In this document: piece by piece, positions 51,350 to 64,000 of the stretch
Numbering within the stretch: position 1 is the stretch's first letter
Layout: the number at the start of each line of letters is the position of its first letter
NCBI GenBank assembly: GCA_964016885.1
Contig: OZ024745.1
Coordinates: 112,840,001-112,904,000, forward strand
Direction: 5' to 3'
DNA length: 64,000 nucleotides
From: Eledone cirrhosa
Lineage: Eukaryota
Notes under the pieces: model-generated
Told to the model about the DNA's origin: nothing
Databases searched by the model: none
What the model saw: the letters and a program-made list of their open reading frames with translations, nothing else
Position numbers and translations under genes: made by a program

Positions 51350-52078
51350 TAAGGCTTTCTTTATTAACCACAAGGGTTTACACAAAGTAGACATTAAGGA
51401 CAGTACAGGACAATACAGGACGGTACAAATGGGCATTTCTGCGTGTAAAAAAAACAAAAAACAGAGGATGTAACAAAAAAAGAAACAATGAAAAATTCCC
51501 CAATAGGGGGGAGACTTCCGAGGGACATTCGTGGAGAAAGCCCATTAAAAAAAGCCACGGTGACCCTGACCACCAGGGCAAGTGTCCTCTCCCAGTTTTC
51601 CACCTTCAATTTACAGGCACATACTCAGAGTATTCACTCGGGCCATTCTTGCCTCTCTCACCCATCTTTCAACAAAATGGTGGGAAGGGAGCACTTCCAT
51701 CTCTACCCTGATTTTCCTTTTTAAATGAAATTTGAAAAAGTTAATCAGGGCATCACCGAAGAGGTAAGTGCTCGTCTTCAGCCCTTTCAGACGTGTCCAC
51801 CATACTATCTCTTTCGCCATGGCCACCAGACAGATAAAAACTGCCTGCCCTTCCCGGCTAAAGGAGGAGGGCGGGGCAATCCTCCCGATGGACTCAGCTG
51901 ATAGCCGGATCCATCCTACACGCGACAGCAGGTGTTCGACATAAACCCACAAGTCACCAATGCTCGGACACTGGACGAGTAGGTGCAGGACGGTTTCGTT
52001 GCCCTGCACGCATCTTGGACATGCCCGGCTGACGGCACCGCCATGCCTGTAGAGTTTATCCCGAACTGGCAAAGCTCC
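51350..52078 (-). mobile_element. Second Tx1/L1-clade LINE 3' fragment
   Basis: PVRDKLYRHG...CPRC...ETVLHLLVQCP; paralog of 48560-49050. Confidence 0.85.
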
Positions 52079-52549
52079 TAATAGTAATTGTTTCTACATT
52101 TGGCAAAGGGCCAGCAATTATCCCAGTGCATTACTGGTACTTTATTTTATCGACCCCCGTAAGGATGAAAGGCAAAGTTAACCTCGGCGGGATTTGAACT
52201 CAGATCATAAAGGGGCGTAACTCTGTGCTACAAAGCATAACGACCCTCTACCGATACTGCCAAGCCAATAATAATAATAATAATAATGGTTTCTTATATA
52301 GGCACAAGGCCAGCAATTTGGGGGAGGGGTGGAATCGATTAAATCGACCCCAGTGCATAACTGGTGCTTTATTTGTCGACCCCGTAAAGACGAAAGGCAA
52401 AGCTAACCTCACCGAGATTTGAACTCGGAGAGCCGGAACGAATACCAGAAAGCATTCTATCCGACATTCTAACGAGTCTGCCAATTTGCTGCCTATATGT
52501 AATGAGTACCATGGTCTATCAATTCCTCGCAGAGGAACGTAAAATAAAC

Positions 52550-52900
52550 AAAACCGGGGTTTGTCCGGCCGCTTCCTCTTCGCACCGGGTGCCGTCGAGG
52601 CCGTAGGCGTACTTGGACCCCGTACGATCTCCCTCGCAAGATCGGAGCATCGGCGGCCCGTCTGAGGAGGGAGCCCCCGCGAGGTTGGGTGGCTGTTACA
52701 GCGGGTGTCACTGGCCATCGTCCGGGGAATGCTTTTGTCCGCGGGGCGCAGTACTCCTGCCCCCTTGCCCTAGGCCCAAAGCCCAATCACCCCTCCCCTC
52801 TCTACTGCGACACCAGAGCTCTTGCCATTCCCTCCCTTTCCCGTTCTTTTTCTTCTTTCTTTCTTTTCTATATTTCCCTATTCTTTCTTTCCTTTTGTTT
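52550..52900 (+). mobile_element. CRE-clade 3' fragment
   Basis: FLFAPGAVEAVGVLGP...PREVGWLLQRVSLAIVRG. Confidence 0.6.
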
Positions 52901-53079
52901 CCCATTTTTTATTTTTTATTACTAAATAAGGTTTGTTTTTTTGTTTTATATAATAAAATACCGGCAGTTAAAAAAGAAATTCCTAGTTTCAAGTTCAAAG
53001 AAAAAATTAGAATTCATACCTAAACCACACAAACGAACCCTAAGCCAAATGGACCAAACCACCCATTGGCCTAAATATA

Positions 53080-53250
53080 GCGACATATGTGTGTAATGCT
53101 CTCTACGAAGGGCTGCAGGAGAAATGTTTGAGAGCACAAGTAGACACTCAAGCGGTGTATGATGGAGACATCTGTTGATGAGCCTTAAGGTGTCGTTAAG
53201 GGTTGTATCTATCTTCTTAGTATGGTGGTATCTAAAAAGTGATCATTGAT
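53080..53250 (-). mobile_element. Vingi/Ingi-like LINE fragment
   Basis: HTKKIDTTLNDTLRLINRCLHHTPLECLLVLSNISPAALRRE. Confidence 0.45.
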
Positions 53251-54853
53251 CAGACGAACGACAACAACCTGAGACAGCAGAAGCAAATTAGAAAATATTG
53301 TTATGGCGTATCGGAAAAGATAAGAGATCCGTGGTTCATCCCCCCCCCCCCCCATCACTGGCGTAGTCTTGCTTACATGTCAATGGTTGCCTTCACCTAG
53401 TTATAATATATGTACAGTTGTTAGTGTGACTGAATGCTATAACAAGCTACTGAATCAGTAGCAAATTGTTAGCACCGAAATCTATCACTGTAGATCGTTG
53501 TTTTTTTCGGTACTGACAACTAACTGCTTGCCATGGTTCAGTGACTAATGAACAGAAGCGAGTGATTATATCTCATTCGTTTAACGTCACATAAACTGAA
53601 GTTGATTACCGGTCCAGAAACCAAAGAATTGATTAGCTACTCATAATTGTAGGACAATGTTTTTTTTTATCTCATTAGAAATCTCAGAATAACAAAAGCA
53701 GTTATAAAATTGCCGTTTATTTTAATCAGATACCCAAATTTAAGGCGATATGTTACGCTATTCATGTAAAATAATTTCTTTCATTGATTTTTCTTAAAGT
53801 GTTATCGAGATTAACGAAGGTATTTATCTACTTCTAAGTACACACTCCCCATTATCACCAAAATCAACAAAAGGCATATGACAAATCGACCATAAAACTC
53901 TCTCGGATTACAATTTCGAACATTTTATGATTTTCGTGTAAACATGAAAACTATTGAGCGCCGAACAGCATAACCAGATAGTTATTTAAAATTTCTTTTC
54001 TACAAGTTAGTATATCATACCCTAATACAAGTGTAGCAGATAGTTGGTAGTCACCAATTGTAGTGGATAGTGAGAAGATTGTGTGTTCGTTTCACGGGGT
54101 CACCAGTTGTAGCGGATAAGTTGTATTCTTTGTATGTAGTTTTGGTGAAAAGAATAATGCCATGATTGAGTTGTTAACAACGTTTATTTATTAATAACAA
54201 TATTCACTTTGCACATCGAGTAATGTGATTTATGACATGAACCATCGTTACATTAAATTGCTAGCTGCTACGAGCTAGGGTAAATGCCTGTATCTCAGAA
54301 GACGATGATGTAAAAGTTGTGTTGTGTCTTACAGATACAATATGACAGGAAGACTAAAGAATAGGTTAAGCATAGAATGTAAACAATATGAACCTACTAT
54401 GTGTGTGTGCCTATTCTTAGAATATGTTATTCTCGTAGTAGTAGTGGTCAATCTGTCAGACAGGCATGGCTAGCTGTCTGGCTGTCTGGCTGGCTGTGTC
54501 GGTGGCCGAGAAGTAAGGGCCAGGACAGAGAAAGGGTAAACGGTTTACCGATGCCTACATCGTTATCACTTGCTGACTGCTGCTTTGAGTCTGCCTTTGG
54601 GTTTCCTAAGTCGTTGTATTTATAATTGGTGCTAAAGTTAGAAGGATGTGTATATGAGGTTGATTTATGATCAGCCATGTGGATATTGTCTCCCAAGAAG
54701 CTGGGCTCACAGGTCAAGTGGAATGTGCGTTTATCATCGTTGACTTGACAAGACAATGGTGGGAAATTTCCAATAATGGTTAGTCCCAGAGGCGAGAAAC
54801 CTCAGATTCGGTTTCGAATCTTCGCCGGTAAAACATAGGAGTATTCCGTTATA

Positions 54854-55074
54854 CAGGCATTATACACATGCGACCCGCAGGCTGCATGCTGCCCTTTACA
54901 AGCACACCTGCGGCCCGCACAAAGGTTTTTACGGTGCAAGCATGTTTTATCTTCATAATATAAATAAAATAAAATAGTTGTAATGTGTGCAATTAGTTGT
55001 CGTCGTGTGTGGCCTTCAGATAACACTTATGTGACCCATGTGACCCCCGGGAGACCCTCAGTTTGACATGTCTG
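54854..55074. mobile_element. hAT/Charlie-type MITE
   Basis: Ends CAGGCAT.../...GTTTGACATGTCTG, internal GCGGCCCGC motifs, imperfect 8-bp TSD CCGTTATA/CCCTAATA. Confidence 0.6.
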
Positions 55075-55689
55075 CCCTAATATGTTTCCCTTCTTTAGTA
55101 CACTTTAGTGAAAACCAACTAGGTCAGAAACCAAATTTTGGCATAATGTCGATAGTTTAAGCTCGTAAACAAATAGACCTCGACTATCACGTCGAGTATT
55201 AATTACTTTACAAACAAAACCGAACGGTAAACATATGGCACAGCCTGACTAGCACTACACTATGTAATACTACAAATATTTAGTTGATTTTGGTTGTAAA
55301 AATGCTATAGAGAAACCCTTTAACATATTTTATACTGAATAATAAATATAATATCATTTTCTTTTCATTGGCAAAATTTTAAAATGTAATAACAGGCTGT
55401 GCATAGTTAAAAAGGAAAAGATAAGAGATGATTTCAGAATGGAGAAAGGTAGAATTATATTCTGCAAGAAATTACATCGGTATTAGTTTTTTATCCATTT
55501 TGCTACCCCTGTGAAAAGATTAGGGTATGAACATTTAAAATATAGACATAAATGAACATAACTGCCGGTGCACCATAAATTAGCGATAAATAGACGGGAT
55601 TATTACATCTGGAAACCCTTTGATGATAGGTTTGGTATATGATAATAGGTCTGATATATGAAGGCTAACAAGTTGTAGTCATAGGTTTA

Positions 55690-56000
55690 ATGTGTGTGTA
55701 TGTAACATGCGGTGCGGTAAATACATTTACACAAAGAGACAAAACTTCCACTGTCACCGACTCCGTCTCTCCCGCTCTCCCCATCACTTACTATTATGAG
55801 AAAATAGGGGCCCACACGCTGGCCGCCCCCAGAGTAGAGAAAGCGTTCCCCCGGAGGATGGTGAGGGAGACGCGCTGGAAGAGACATTCCAGCTCGCGAG
55901 GCTCACACATGCGGGTAGCCAGCTTTGTGCCGATGGTGGTGAGTAGGGAGGTGGCAATAGGGCTAAGGACACCAGAAGTCTCCTTTGGAACGCTATTCAT
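55690..56000 (-). mobile_element. CRE-clade non-LTR 3' fragment; related pieces at 6090-6290, 22850-23040, 34330-34440 and 52550-52800 (+)
   Basis: ETSGVL...EPRELECLFQRVSLTILRGNA, typical of the CRE RLE C-terminus. Confidence 0.65.
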
Positions 56001-56603
56001 TTGAATTATTGATTTCAAACATACTCCCAAAGTTTAGGGAGAGGTTATAGCTGTTAAAATTGATTCCACTACATAACCGATATGTATCTTATCGATTATA
56101 GTCAAAGGAGAGGGGATATCTATGGGGTTTAAAATCAGAACTTAAGGATGAAAGGCAAAGTCAACCTCGGCGGGATTTGAACTCAGCCGAGGTTGATTTT
56201 GCCTTTCATCCTTACGTGGTCGATAAAATAAAGTACCAGTAATGCACTGGATAATTGCTGGCCTTGTGTCTAAAGTAGAAACAATTATTAGATAGGACGG
56301 TGGATTGGCAATATCGGTAGAGAGTCGGACACCATGCTTTGCAGCAAAGAGTTACGGTCCTTTACGTTCTGAGTTCAAATCCCGCCGAGGTTAACTTTGC
56401 CTTTCATCCTTACAGGGTAGATACAATAAAGTACTAGTAATGCACTGGGGTAATTACTGGCTTTGTGCCAAAAGTAGAAACAATTATTAGATTCTCCAGC
56501 TGCTGTTTCGATATGAAGCACTATAAAATAGGTTAGTAAAATTTAATAATCGGGGGTGGAATAAAAGTGGGTTGGGTGGTATCTAATAATAATTATATTT
56601 TAC

Positions 56604-57487
56604 ACTAGCAATGGTACCCGGCGTTGCACGGATAAGGTATTTTGGAACACGCGCCGCCAACAGACCTAATTGTGGAAAAACTGCATGCTAGGACAATATG
56701 TAAAAAAAATAAACCGAATACTCTGATGGCTGGATAATCTTTAAGATTTTCCTCGATGAAGCAGGAAAAATGCAGGTTTTCACCTAATGCGAGGCCTAGG
56801 AGATCAAGAAAATGAATTTTCTTATGTGCATAATATGTCTTGAAATTTCGAGAAAAGCGGCTAGACGTAACGCCTCCAAAAACCCATAAAAAGCTGAAAA
56901 AATGATGTTTTTCACATAATGCGGGCCCTAGGCCATAAAAAAAGTTGGATTTTCTTTGCTCAAGGTATGAAGTAGAGACTGACTAATACATAGTTACAAT
57001 TTCAGGAAATCGGTCTGACGTAACGCTTCAAAAACCCCCTAAAAAGCTTAAAAAACGCAGTGCATAACACTTCCTGAAACATAAGTAATACACATGTAAA
57101 GTTTGAAAAAATCGGTTGGGTACTTCTCAAGTTTTAGGGATTCAAACTCATAGACACACACACGCACACACACACACGCACGCACACACACACACACAGA
57201 CAGAAATCCTCAGGGGAGTGACGTAATGCAGACAGATATTATAAGGGCGCGACGTTATATGTATGTATCTAAAAAGGGAAAGACTAAGAATTATAGAGAG
57301 AGATCGCTAAATCGCCTAATGCGGTCCCTAGAGCATTGAAAATTTGAAATTTCTTTTGCTCAGAACACTCCTTGAAACATAAGTATTATATGCGTAAAGT
57401 TTGAAAAGAGTCGGTTGGGTGTTTCTCGTGTTTTAGGGATTCAAACTCACACACACACACAGACATCCTCAGTTTTATATATATAGA
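56604..57487 (+). mobile_element. Non-autonomous Helitron/Helentron-like element with internal duplication and (CA)n
   Basis: Starts ACTAGC...ACCCGGCGTTGCACGG and ends (CA)n...TTTTATATATATAG, followed by a second ACTAGC start; 57065-57200 duplicated at 57365-57470. Confidence 0.55.
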
Positions 57488-57929
57488 CTAGCAGAAAACC
57501 ACCCGATATATATATATATATTACACACACACAGAAATGTATATATGTTTCTGTAGCACTCCTCAATTCTCCCCTCTCTCCCTCCCGCTATCCCCCTCTT
57601 GTAGTCTGTCTCTTTCTTTCACTCTCACTCTCTCTCTACGCGTGCGCAAAAACATTCGCACGCGCGCACGTGTTTCCACTGTCGGACAGACAGACAGAGA
57701 AATTGCTGGTTATATATTATAAGGAGATAACAAAAAACATTATATATGACAAAGAAAGAATATTACAAGAAATCCCATATTTACGAACGTACACTATACA
57801 ATTACCGATTTATCAACACCCCCCCCCGTTTATTCCTCCTCCCCGCTTATAAGAATTTAAGCAATTGTCCAACCTTCCCTCCTTTTCCAATCACCCTATC
57901 ATTTGGGACCCGAGAGTTGATGGAAAGTA

Positions 57930-58760
57930 AAGGTAGTGTAATATAGTGTAGTGTGGAGTAGTAAAGTATAGTGTAGTGCAGTGTAGTGTAGTGTGGTGTG
58001 GTGTGGTGAGGTGTGGTGTAGTGCAGTGTAATGTAGTGTAGTGTAGTGTAGTGTGGTGTGGTGTGGTGAGGTGTGGTGTAGTGTAGTGTGGTGTAGTAAA
58101 GTATAGCGTAGCGCAGTGTAACGTGGTGTGGTGTAGTGCAGTGCAGTGTAGTGTAGTGTAGTGTAGTGTAGTGTAGTGTAGTGTAGTGCAGTGTAGTGTG
58201 GTGTAGTGTAGTGTAGTGTGGTGTGGTGAGGTGTGGTGTAGTGCAGTGTAATGTAGTGTAGTGTGGTATAGTATAGTGTAGTGCAGTGTAGTGTAGTGTG
58301 GTGTAGTAAAGTATAGCGTAGGGCAGTGTAATGTGGTGTAGTGCAGTGTAGTGTAGTGTAGTAAAGTATAGCGTAGCACAGTGTAATGTGGTGTGGTGTA
58401 GTGCAGTGAAGTGTAGTGCGGTGTAGTAAAGTATAGCGTAGCGCAGTGTAATGTGGTGTGGTGTAGTGCAGTGAAGTGTAGTGCGGTGTAGTAAAGTATA
58501 GCGTAGCGCAGTGTAATGTGGTGTGGTGTAGTGCAGTGTAGTGTAGTGTAGTAAAGTATAGCGTAGCACAGTGTAATGTGGTGTGGTGTAGTGCAGTGTA
58601 GTGTAGTGTAGTAAAGTATAGCGTAGCGCAGTGTAATGTGGTGTGGTGTAGTGCAGTGTAGTGTAGTGTAGTAAAGTATAGCGTAGCACAGTGTAATGTG
58701 GTGTGGTGTAGTGCAGTGTAGTGTAGTGCGGTGTGGTGTGGTGCAGTGTAATGTAGTGTA
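57930..58760. repeat. (GTGTA)n-derived pentamer satellite with a 60-bp higher-order unit
   Basis: Near-identical 60-bp lines at 58501, 58561, 58621 and 58681. Confidence 0.95.
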
Positions 58761-59552
58761 TTTTGTCTGACGTTCTACCGATCGTATTAAATAATTGTTT
58801 CTACGTTTGGCACAAGGTCAGCAATTACCCAGTACATTACTGGTACTTTATTTTATCGACCCCGTAAGGATGAAAGGCAAAGTTAACCTCGGCGGGATTT
58901 GAACTCAGAATGGCAAGGGCCGTAACTCTATACGTCAAAGCATAGCGTCCGATCCTCTACCGATACTGCCAATCCACCGCCCTATCGTATTAAATAATAC
59001 AATTAAACTTATTTTAATGCTCATAGTGGATAGTTCCGTGTATGCTCATTGATAATTTCATTTGGCATATCTATAAATCATCCAAATGTTACCGCATGGT
59101 AGCAGGAAGATAGTGAAAGAGTAATTACTGATATTACTGTCGCTGTTGTTACAGCTGACTATTTCTAAACTGCTATACTACAGTCATCCTACATAAAACA
59201 GGAAGTAGGATATAAATAGTAGATGTTGATGTTAGCTAAAACTAGCTTGCAGAACAACTCATACATACATACATATACACATGCACGCACATACACCGAA
59301 CATACACCCACAATCACGCGTAGACACACACATCATAAACTACAACGAGTGATGCATTAAATGAGCACCCAACCAAATTTAGTAGCTCTTTGCTTTGCTC
59401 AAACAACACGCTATAACTTTTCTCTAGATCTTCTCACTACACTGTACTTTTACAACGTCAACACGTTGATATGGGACTACATATTGAGCCGGTGTCAGAG
59501 GGACTAAGCTGGCATACATACATATATACATATATACATACAGACATGCATG

Positions 59553-60700
59553 ATGGCTGCCCCCTCGTTATCGAGTATGGCCATTGCACGATATACCATT
59601 ATTAATATTTATTAATTAATTCTATCGTGCAATGCCTGTGCGTGAAGATATTTTTTAAGGTGAGGAAAGACTGTGCACTGAGCCAATCCCACTCTCTGAG
59701 CGACAGTAGCTATAACCCGAAAAGAAGAAAAGATCAACATGATCGGTAACTATTGAGCCGCAGGTTTTATATCGGAGTTATCCCAGTTTCCTGAGTTGCC
59801 TTCTCCTAGAAGAATGCCCTGACAAAGGCTCGGGGTCCTTCATTCCCAGTGGTTTAACCGCGTGATCGGATGTCTAGCCCGACTATTTCTATGTCCCCGC
59901 ACATATACATACACATGCACCCAAGCATATACATACATATGTACATGTGTATATTCATATTTACACACTTTTGGATGGCCGTTGACTCTTATGAGTTCTT
60001 CCGCCCTTTGACAGGTTTTGTTTTTTGTCCTGCAGGGTGTCCAAAATCACCCTCCTCACCAAGTAAATTTTGTGGTGTTGCCGGTTTAGTCGCCGACGAC
60101 CCGACCATGCGACAGGTTGTACTGGGTTACATGTTACCAGTAGCACTCAAGAGTGACCCGACATGCATACATACATACATACATGGTGGCTGCCAACTCG
60201 TTTTCGAGTACGGCCACTACTTTATATCCATGGAGGATAACCCCTACCGATGCGCCGAACGAGTGTGACTTTTTAGTCCAGCCAGCGACTTGAAAACTCT
60301 GGTACAAACACTACACTTGTGACAATTATTGACACATAGTGCTGGGCCGATGGTACCATGTGACGACAAGTGCAGAGAGATCTCCAGATATAAAGCAATG
60401 CCTGTGCCGTAAAGCTTTTATAGTGAGCAAAGGCACTGCACAAAGCCAGTCCCACTCTCTTAAACAAGATGGTATTTACCAAAAAGAAGAACAAATCAAC
60501 ATCATTGGATACCATCAGGGTTGCAGGTGTTATATCAGAGTTTTCCTTCTCCTAGAATTCTGCCTTGACAAAGGCTAAGGGGTCATCTCTCCCGGTGATT
60601 TTGGATGGCCATTGACTCTTAAGAGCTCCTTTGCCCTTTGACAGGTTTTGTTTTTAGTCCTGCAGGGATACATGTTACCAGTAGCACCAACTGGTGACCT
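59553..60700 (-). mobile_element. Tandem non-autonomous retroelements with (ATGT)n tails; homologs at 41567-42092 and 47208-47622
   Basis: 59553-59860 is near-identical to 41567-41878; 59965-60150 to 41905-42092; 60184-60595 to 47208-47622. Confidence 0.75.
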
Positions 60701-61771
60701 GACATACATACATACATACATACATACATACATACATACATACATACATACATACAAGGCCCTTGTTTCAGAGGGGTACCAGGGGACAAGTCCCACCTCC
60801 CACTTTTTCAAATGTCTATATTTTATTTTTTGTTTATTTGATATAATAAATTCTTTTTAAGCTTATTTTTTAATATCTGAACTTTATTTGAATATATAAA
60901 ATTTAATTAGAGTAAAATTTTACTTGTGTGATAGGGTCCGGGAAAGGGATCATAAGCAATTTATGCTCCTTGAAGAATCAACAAATGTTGGTTTGTCCCC
61001 CTCACATTTTTAAGGCAAACGAGACCCCTGCACACATACATACATTCTTACATACATACATATATACATACATACACACACGCATACCCTTATACACACT
61101 ACCACACCCTTGCCATCCCACCACCACCACCACCACCCACCCTGGATCTATACACATCTCCTAACCCTTTTATTTTCACATTTTCAAAATTTTATTTTTT
61201 ATATTTATTTTTATTTTCCCCTTCATATTGTGTTCTTTACTTTATAATTTCCATCCTTATAACTCTCCTTACTCCCCCTCGGAGTTCCTGTTCTCCCCCT
61301 ATCTTGTTGTATGTTGGTAGGTGTAGGTTAATGTATTTATTAATTTGAGTTCTATGTTTTTGCCATTGTGTATTTTTTGGATTTCACGTTTTTATCGTGT
61401 TGTTGGTGCGTGTGGGTTGGAGTGACTTAGACTGATTTAATATAACCCGTGACCCTTCCGCTATAATGCTATCCTTAAACTTATATTAAATTATTGATTA
61501 TTCAATTAATGTGTATACATTACCGAAAATAACCGGCATTACGGATTTTAGGGCGTTAAATATGGCTGATGATTAGTTTTTTGCATGTCTGCAATATATT
61601 TAAACACAAACACACACACTCACACACATATAATATGGAAGATGTGTACCTTTATCAACAAAAACTATAAAACTATCAGTCCCATAAATAAAATGGTATT
61701 TAAATATATAACTTACCCCTATGTTTACAAATGTAGAGCTCATTATTTAGTGATGCGAAATCACACTCAAG

Positions 61772-61825
<54 letters not shown>

Positions 61826-61879
61826 GGTCGCATTTTGGAAGGGTACGTCAATGCTTATTTGTAAAACTGATATATATTG

Positions 61880-61944
61880 TATTTTGTCTGATGAAGGCAT
61901 ACCATAATTTAACTTGGTATCCTTGAAATATGTATAATGAAATA
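61880..61944 (+). ncRNA. Type I hammerhead motif, same family as 2664-2728
   Basis: TATTTTGT-CTGATGA-AGGCATACC...GGTATCCTT-GAAATATGTATA-ATGAAATA, inside a ~165-bp element between (TA)n tracts. Confidence 0.55.
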
Positions 61945-61983
61945 AATATGGTTTTATAAATATAGTTTCCATTTATTAATATC

Positions 61984-62078
<95 letters not shown>

Positions 62079-62611
62079 GAAGTTGGAAATAGCACGGAAA
62101 ATATACTTTAGGGTCTGTTTTTCTTTTTTTTCCCTTTCTTTGATTCATCAAAGTGACATTATTGAAAAAATGAGAGGGACAATTCTTTTCAAAAAGAGTT
62201 TTATAATGTATATAAAATATATAAAGTATATAAAGTATATAAAGTATATAAAGTATTACCGGTTTAGATGTATTAGTAAAATTCATCTTGTCAAATGTTG
62301 AGTATTACAATTAAAAAGAATTAATAAGAATTAAAGACTAAAAATTAAAGATTTAAATTAAGAGGTAAGTTTTTTTTCATCTTCCTTCCTTATTGAGAAG
62401 GAGACACGAGAATGCTGAGGATGGCTCTGAATATTGATCAGTATACATATGTTGATGCCCTAAGGACAGGCATCGGTCTCTTGGAGACGCAGGGCATGGC
62501 AGTGATGATGAAGGACAGGGACCGCTGGAGAGAACTCGTCCATGGATCTTGGGAATTTTACTCGCCCTAGATATATATATATTTATATATATATATATAT
62601 ATGCATATATG

Positions 62612-62649
<38 letters not shown>

Positions 62650-62652
<3 letters not shown>

Positions 62653-62726
62653 CACACACACACATATATATATAGTTAAAGAAATGACAATAAAAACACG
62701 GGGATGTAAAAACAGGCTTATTAATA

Positions 62727-62806
<80 letters not shown>

Positions 62807-62856
62807 TTAAAGAAATGACAATAAAACACGGGGATGTAAAAACAGTCTTATTAATA

Positions 62857-62932
<76 letters not shown>

Positions 62933-62996
62933 ACATATATATATAGTTAAAGAAATGACAATAAAACACGGGGATGTAAAAACAGTCTTATTAATA

Positions 62997-63035
<39 letters not shown>

Positions 63036-63087
63036 GTTAAAGAAATGACAATAAAAACACGGGGATGTAAAAACAGTCTTATTAATA

Positions 63088-63136
<49 letters not shown>

Positions 63137-63187
63137 GTTAAAGAAATGACAATAAAACACGGTGATGTAAAAACAGTCTTATTAATA

Positions 63188-63246
<59 letters not shown>

Positions 63247-63299
63247 GTTAAAGAAATGACAATAAAAACACGGGGATGTAAAAACAGTCTTATTAATAT

Positions 63300-63336
<37 letters not shown>

Positions 63337-63485
63337 TTAAAGAAATGACAATAAAAACACGGGGATGTAAAAACAGTCTTATTAATATCACACACACACA
63401 CACACATACATACACACACACACATATATATAGTTAAAGAAATGACAATAAAAACACGGGGATGTAAAAACAGACTTATTAATAT

Positions 63486-63524
<39 letters not shown>

Positions 63525-63671
63525 TTAAAGAAATGACAATAAAACACGGTGATATAAAAACAGTCTTATTAATATCACACACACACACACACACACATAC
63601 ACACACACACATATATATAGTTAAAGAAATGACAATAAAAACATGGGGATGTAAAAACAGTCTTATTAATA

Positions 63672-63717
<46 letters not shown>

Positions 63718-63769
63718 TTAAAGAAATGACAATAAAAACACGGGGATGTAAAAACTGTCTTATTAATAT

Positions 63770-63811
<42 letters not shown>

Positions 63812-63864
63812 GTTAAAGAAATGACAATAAAAACATGGGGATGTAAAAACAGTCTTATTAATAT

Positions 63865-63903
<39 letters not shown>

Positions 63904-63954
63904 TTAAAGAAATGACAATAAAAACACGGGGATGTAAAAACTGTCTTATTAATA

Positions 63955-63992
<38 letters not shown>

Positions 63993-64000
63993 ACACACAC
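62650..64000. repeat. Compound satellite: ~54-bp constant unit plus variable (CA)n(TA)n, 13 units, runs off the window
   Basis: Unit GTTAAAGAAATGACAATAAAAACACGGGGATGTAAAAACAGTCTTATTAATATC. Confidence 0.95.

Noticed and set aside
57847-58689. 280-aa HYTTL-repeat ORF
   Set aside because: Translation of a pentamer satellite; no splice or start context.
62650-64000. CRISPR-like repeat-spacer array
   Set aside because: Spacers are simple (CA)n(TA)n, there are no cas genes, and the context is eukaryotic.

Overview
AT-rich, microsatellite-dense animal genomic DNA, most likely a coleoid cephalopod (Octopus-like; inferred from the SINE/RTE repeat content, not proven). Bases 851-30819 hold the first 14 coding exons of a minus-strand mitochondrial Lon protease gene (LONP1). 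I reconstructed them by hand: all introns are GT-AG with consistent phases, giving 1847 nt of CDS up to just past Walker A, and the gene continues left of the window. A minus-strand terminal exon of a calcyphosin-like EF-hand gene lies at 44225-44463, with no upstream exons visible. The rest is mostly transposon-derived: two tRNA-derived SINE families, RTE, Tx1/L1, R4/Dong, CRE and Vingi/Ingi-like LINE fragments, a Penelope-like GIY-YIG fragment, MITEs, a Helitron-like element and several satellites. The most notable signal outside the ORF track is a set of about eight type-I hammerhead-ribozyme-like motifs from several repeat families beside (TA)n tracts. They include one nearly canonical motif (41033-41096), an inverted pair inside LONP1 intron 8, a recurrent non-canonical CAGAAGA-core variant, and one copy whose core appears replaced by a near-perfect palindrome. 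No CRISPR array, rRNA or bona fide tRNA gene was found. All folds were read by eye and need computational and biochemical confirmation.
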